From Takakia lepidozioides (taxonomy: Eukaryota > Plantae > Bryophyta), in contig CM060732.1 in NCBI GenBank assembly GCA_030704615.1, positions 5,766,001 through 5,830,000 of the forward strand: DNA of 64,000 bases, read 5' to 3'. The notes under the pieces were generated by a model. That model did not search any database. It was given only the letters and a program-made list of their open reading frames with translations, and was not told the origin of the DNA. This document shows, piece after piece, positions 58,537 through 64,000 of the stretch (positions are counted from its first letter, which is position 1; each line of letters starts with the position of its first letter). Both the position numbers and the translations under genes were made by a program.

Positions 58537-61500
58537 TGGGTCGGGCAAGCCGAAGCGAAAGCGGAACGGCCCAAAAGATGATGATCCCGGTGAGCCCGAT
58601 GGGGCGGCGTGTCATCGAGGCGGCCGTTTGAGGAAGCGATGCATGTTTCCGAAAACGAGGCCGCCCAAGAGCGGGAGGAATCCGAGGAGTCGGAGCCCGA
58701 GGAATCCTTGAGAGCTCCGACAAACCAAGAGATGCCTCCACTAAGGCAAAGTTTAAGGTGAAGCCTAAGGAACCCGGAACCTTCGAGGGCGTCCAAAATC
58801 GGAAGGCACTCAACACCTGGCTCTGGAGCTAGAGCAGTACTTCCGGGCGGCCAAGTTGAGTGACGAGGATCGGGTGGAAGTGGCTCCCCCTATTTGAGGG
58901 GCTATGCTCAACAATGGTGGCAGAAACGCCTTCACGACCGAGGTCCAGTCCGGAAACCTTGAACTGGAGTGGGTTCAAGGAATTGATGAAGAGACAGTTT
59001 GTGCCCCTCAACGCTTAATGGCTTGCCCGGGACAAGATGGAATTTGAAGCAAACAGATGACATTCGGGGTATGTCCAGGCTTTCAATGTGCTGTTGCTCG
59101 AAGTCGCGGACATGGCAGAACCAGAAATGGTCTTCAACTTTGTGGCGGGACTGGCCCCATGGGCCAGGCGGAAGTTGGAGGAGAAGCCACCCAAGACTTT
59201 GAACGAGGAGGCAATTGAGAGGGCTGAATGTTTCTCGGATGTCCCTAGGGGTGAGAGACAAGGCCGTACGGAGCTGAACCACAAGAAGACCCGGCGGGAA
59301 GGTGACTCCTTCCGACCGGAAAAGAAGTGGGATAGGCCACGCGGCGACAATGGCACGTGGAAATCAAGGGAGGGCCTTCACACGTCAAGGCGGCACCCGG
59401 TGCTTTGAAAGGAAAACGGGTGGAGCGGCTTATGGCGGACACAAAGGCGACCTTTGATGGAGTGTGTTTCAATTGCGGGAGCCCGGGCACATGGCCAAGA
59501 AGTGCACAAAACCTCGTCAATTGAACATGACTCGGGCAACCACGGAGCTGTCGAAGATACCATCAGTCGCTTGGTGGAAGCGGTGGTGCCAGGACTTGCA
59601 AGGTAGGCAACTTTGTGAGTTGTATCAGGAAACTGGCGCCCGCGTAAAGGGAGTCAGTTATTGTTCGTGGATGGGATAATATCCGGAACTAACGTGTCGT
59701 TGTTGGTGGACACAGGAGCGTCGCACTCCTTCATGACGCCGGCGACGGCGCGAAAGTTGGGACTCCCGACAAGTGACGTGGGGGCCTCTATTGAGGTGCG
59801 TTCTGCCAAAGGAGAACCACAGTTGGCGACAAGGTTGGCGTTTGATGTTCCTCTTCAACTGGGGAGTTGGGAGGGACGTGAGAACTTCACCATCTGCGAG
59901 ATCGATGGAGTGGATCTCATTTTGGGGATGACTTTTTGAGCAAATCCGGAGCGGTCATAGATGGCCGCAAGAGAGTGGTCACGCTGCCATGTGGGAATGG
60001 TGGCGAGGTTTACGAGTGTCGGAAACGCCCAAATCCGTGGGAGGGCGAATAAACCTTCTGTCAGCAAGGAGTGGGCCGTGGAGGAGGCACACGAGCCCCA
60101 GTTTTTGCTTTACATTAGAGAAGTGAAAGGAGAAGGCGATGGGGAGCCGAGCCCAGATTGGATCAAGGGGATTTGGAGAAATACCAGGATGTGATGCCGG
60201 AGGATTTACCAAGCGGCTTGCCACCGCGAAGAGGAGTTGACCACAAGATTGAGGTGATACCGGGATCGGAACCGCCTGCCAAGGCGCCTACCGGTTGAGC
60301 CACAGAGAGTTGGTCGAGCTGAAGACTCAGCTCAAGGATCTAATGTCAAAGGGGTACATCCGGCCGAGTAAGTCACCTTACGGAGCCCCGGTGCTATTTG
60401 CAGACAAGAAGGATGGGACGCTACGGATGTGTGTCGATTACAGGGCTCTGAATAAGGTGACTATAAAAAACCGGTACCCTTGCCAAGGATCGACGACCTC
60501 TTCGATCGGTTGGCAGGAGCGAAGTATTTCAGCCGGATCGACTTGCGCTCCGGCTATCACCAAATTCGGGTGGCGGAAGGAGATGAGGAGAAGACCGCGT
60601 GCAGGACAAGGTATGGTTCATATGAGTTCTTGGTGATGCCTTTTGGGCTCACCAATGCACCAGCGACATGTAGCACGCTGATGAACAGCCTTTTTCAGAG
60701 TGGTTGGATGACTTTGTGATCGTGTACATCGACGACATCTTGGTGTACTCGAAAACAAAGGAGGAGCACCTGGAGCACCTCAAAAGGGTGTTCCAAAAAT
60801 TGCGAGAAGGGAAGCTGTATGCCAAAGCTTCAAAGTGCAAATTCGGGGTCACGAAAAGTGGAGTTTTGGGGCATGTGATTACACAGGATGGGATCAAAAT
60901 GGATGACAGAAAGGTGAGGGCGATCTTGGACTGGGAGCCTCCGACTTCGGTCCCGGGAGTGCGATCCTTCCTAGGACTCGCCTCCTATTACCGGAAGTAT
61001 GTGAGAAATTTCGCCAAGATGCGGGGCCGCTGTCAGACCTTCTGTGTAAATCTAAAGTCTGGGCATGGAACACCTTTTGTGGCCAAGCTTTTGCTGAATT
61101 GAAGCAGCGGATGGCGAGGAAGCTCCAGTCTTGAAATCCCGGAGTTCGATCGTCCATTGAGATTCATACAGATGCGTCGGACTTCGCGATTGGGGGAGTA
61201 CTTATGCAAGATGGACGTCCAGTGGCTTACGAAAGTAAGAAACTGAATGAAGTGGAGCGACGGTGGCCGACGCACGAAAAAAGAGATGAAGGCGGTGGTG
61301 CATTGCCTTGAGCTTTGGCGCCACTATGTTGGTTCCAACCCAGTGAAGGTGTTCACGGACAATGTCACAGTGGAAGTATTTTGCCACGCAGCCCAGTTGT
61401 CCCCAAAACAACTTAGGTGCAAGATACTTTGGCGGTGTTCGACGTGGATATCCAGTACAAACCGGGACGGGACAATGTGGTGGCCGATGCTTAAGTAGAA

Positions 61501-63033
61501 AGCAGCAGCTCTTGTTGGTGTACAAGGGCGAGACGGCGCTCCAAAGGAAGATCCGGAAGGCTTGCCGGAAGGATGAGCTGGCAAAGTCCGTGATGCAGAA
61601 CTTGAGAATGGGGGTTAAATCGCAGTTCCACTTGCAAAATGGGTTGCTCCGGATAAGCAAAAGCGTCTCTAAGTGCCGAAGGGAGGGATCAGAGATAGCC
61701 TCTTGAGAGAATGCCATGATAGCCCGCTTGCGGGCCACGGCGGAGCCAAGCGCACTGCGGCACTCCTGAAGAAAGAGTATTTCTGGCCCAAACTGAGGGA
61801 GGAGGCAGAGGAGTATGTCAAGACATGCACCACATGCCGACAAAACCGGAGCGAGTACAAAAAGCAAGCGGGGCTATTACAACCCTTGCCGATTCCAAAG
61901 GGGACTTGGGAAAGCGTCTCGATGGATTTCATGACTGCTATGCCGCTGTCAAAAGGATTCGATGCAATCATGGTGGTGGTGGATAGGTTCAGTAAAATGG
62001 GCCATTTCATCCCCACCAAGGAGACGGCAATGGCACAGGAGACAGGGCGACTCACGTCTTAAAACATCATGGAGTCCCGAAGGATATTGTCTCGGATCGC
62101 GATCCAAAGTTTACGAGTAAATTTTGGAGGACACTTTGGAAGAAGATGGGGACGAGGCTGAAGATGAGCACCGCCTTCCGACCTACGACGGACGGCCAAA
62201 CGAAAGAGTGAATTCCGTAGTGAAGCAATTCTTGCGGAATTACGTGTCGGCAGACCAATCAAACTGGATGGAACACTTAGACGCGGCAGAGTTCTGTTAT
62301 AATAACACAGAACACTCCGCAACGGGAGTTTCCCCTTTCGTATTGGTCTATGGAAAAGCACCTCTGGTGCCGACAAGTTGGGCCGCCCAGGACGTTGAGG
62401 AACCGGCAGTAGCGGCAGTATTGGAAGAACGCGAGCGTTTGTTGAAGCTCGCAAAGTACAACATTGCCAAAGCTAGGAAACGGTATGAAAGGCAGGCAAA
62501 TCGGAAGCGGAGGGAAGTGAAGTTTGAGGCAGGCACAGAGGTCTGGTTGAACATCAAGAATTTCCGACTACCTCCGGAAGTAAGTCCAAAGTTCGTACCT
62601 CCGTATGCGGGACCCCTTTCGCATTCGGAAGGTTATGAATGAGGATGTGTATGAATTGGAGCTGCCGGCAAACAGCAAGGTGCACCCAGTATTCCATGTC
62701 TCCCTTTTGAAGCCTTACTTCAAAGATGAAGCGCGTCCGAATCGGCATCAAGTGTTGCGTCCGCCACCTATGCTATTGGATCATGAAAATGAACCTGAGT
62801 ACGAGGTGGAGGCAATACTTAAGTCGAGGAGGTTCAAGAACCGAGAAACGGAGTATCTCATCAAATGGAAGGGCTATCATCATGTGGAGGCATCTTGGGT
62901 GCGTGCCTCAGAAATGGGAAACGCATCCGAGGCGGTTGCAGCTTTCGAAGGGCGACCTCAAAAGCGAAAAAGCGTTGATGGGGACATCAACCTTGGAGCG
63001 TGGGGGAGGAAATGCATGCTTAGCCCGGCTTAG
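58537..63033 (+). pseudogene. pol: gag-pol polyprotein, frameshifted as assembled
   Basis: Zinc knuckle CFNC..GHMAKKC; protease LVDTGASHSF; [33 protein letters not shown]; RNase H TDASDFAIGGVL; integrase HxxxH..CxxC, SMDF; GPF; chromodomain EYEVEAIL..YLIKWKGY..SW. Confidence 0.93.
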
Positions 63034-63921
63034 CTAGCTTAGGAATCCGATTGCAAAAACTTGTATTGTACAAAACGTGCTATAAATGAAATGGATTCCA
63101 AATGTTGTGCTTCCTATTTTGTTTGGAATGGTGATGCATGAAATGGTTGGCTAGTGTGTAGAATGCATGCTAGCTTATAAAAGTGGGAGAGGTAAATTGG
63201 GTTAATCGTGTGTTTGCGTAGTGCCGAAATCGGGTGACCCCCATCCAAGGGGCAAGGAAACTTGCGCCTTCTTTGGGAGTTCACGTGCTAGTGCGCACCT
63301 GGCGCGTGCGCGTACTATAACTGCGCTACCGAGGGGGTTGCCTTGTAGCGCGGACTAAACTGCGCTACGAGAGGGGTTGCCTTGTAGTGCGGGCTAATGC
63401 GGAAGCTACGTGCTTCGTTCACGGTACTATAATCGTGTAGCCTCGGGACGAAGTCGTAGTGCGGCTTCGGCGTGTTCCCGTACCTCAGGCCAGCATTCCA
63501 AGGCGGACCCAATTGTAGTGATTGGGGCGCACGGTTGATTCAAGGTTATCTTCCTAGTCAAAGAGGGTTCCAGGGAACCCTTGCTCAAGGTGATGCCAAA
63601 AGCGGCATCATGAGCGGTCGCAAGCAATGTTGTTGCAGTAAGGCGATTCGATCCTCGGGGAGGATCGTTCATTGGCCTTGAAGTAGGCCAAGAAGAGTGC
63701 ACTGGGAGGAGCTGGAGAGGCTCCACCCTTGGCCGGGACTTGGAGGAAGTCGGCCGAACTAGCTAGTGGAGAGTAGAGTCAAGTGTGGGGTTTGGTTCTT
63801 TGCCATGGGACGCCATGGTACGGAAACAAACTCCTTGATGTGGGACGCCACAACTTGGATGTTCGTTTCTACTAAATGGACAAGTCGATGAGGACATCGA
63901 CTCCCTGTTGGTAGGGGTGTG

Positions 63922-64000
63922 TGTCGCGGCCCTTTGCCTTGAGGGCAGGGGGTCGGGACACATGAGGGGCTGCCCCTGTAGTGGGGGCATCGGCAGCGAT
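63922..64000 (+). repeat. 3' LTR (partial)
   Basis: Matches 57764-57843 with 2 substitutions and 1 indel, and is preceded by purine-rich GGTAGGGG. Confidence 0.92.

Larger units (their letters stand above)
57764..64000 (+). mobile_element. Ty3/Gypsy chromovirus LTR retrotransposon (Galadriel-like), running off the window
   Basis: 5' LTR 57764-58480, PBS, gag-PR-RT-RH-IN-chromodomain order, 3' LTR from 63922. Confidence 0.95.

Overview
Eukaryotic, TE-saturated plant DNA. The TE lineages, GT-AG multi-exon genes and PLS-PPR/DUF3511/ITPK fragments point to a non-seed land plant, most likely a moss (inference). Domain names are assigned by eye, not by database search. The window is dominated by two inverted, independently decayed copies of one ~14.6-kb CACTA/En-Spm element. 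Copy 1 is complete at 9011-23579 with an ATG target-site duplication. Copy 2 starts at 44229, sits inside another CACTA family, and is cut at 57764 by a chromodomain Ty3/Gypsy element. This CACTA has divergently transcribed transposase and accessory genes; the accessory gene carries an FCP1/NIF (CTD-phosphatase-like) HAD domain between two En/Spm-type domains. It also holds a PPR fragment and LINE pieces. Bases 1-8260 and ~27050-29350 are two pieces of an unclassified repeat-rich element family (120-bp, 117-bp and 52-bp hairpin arrays plus a shared module) with degraded SWIM, protein kinase, SET and B3-like genes. A 5.1-kb Pack-type element (35351-40428; long TIRs, TAGGG...CCCTA ends, 6-bp TSD) carries an ITPK exon. 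The only clearly intact host gene is a small DUF3511 ORF. The dense 1-bp indels after ~54 kb are probably sequencing error.
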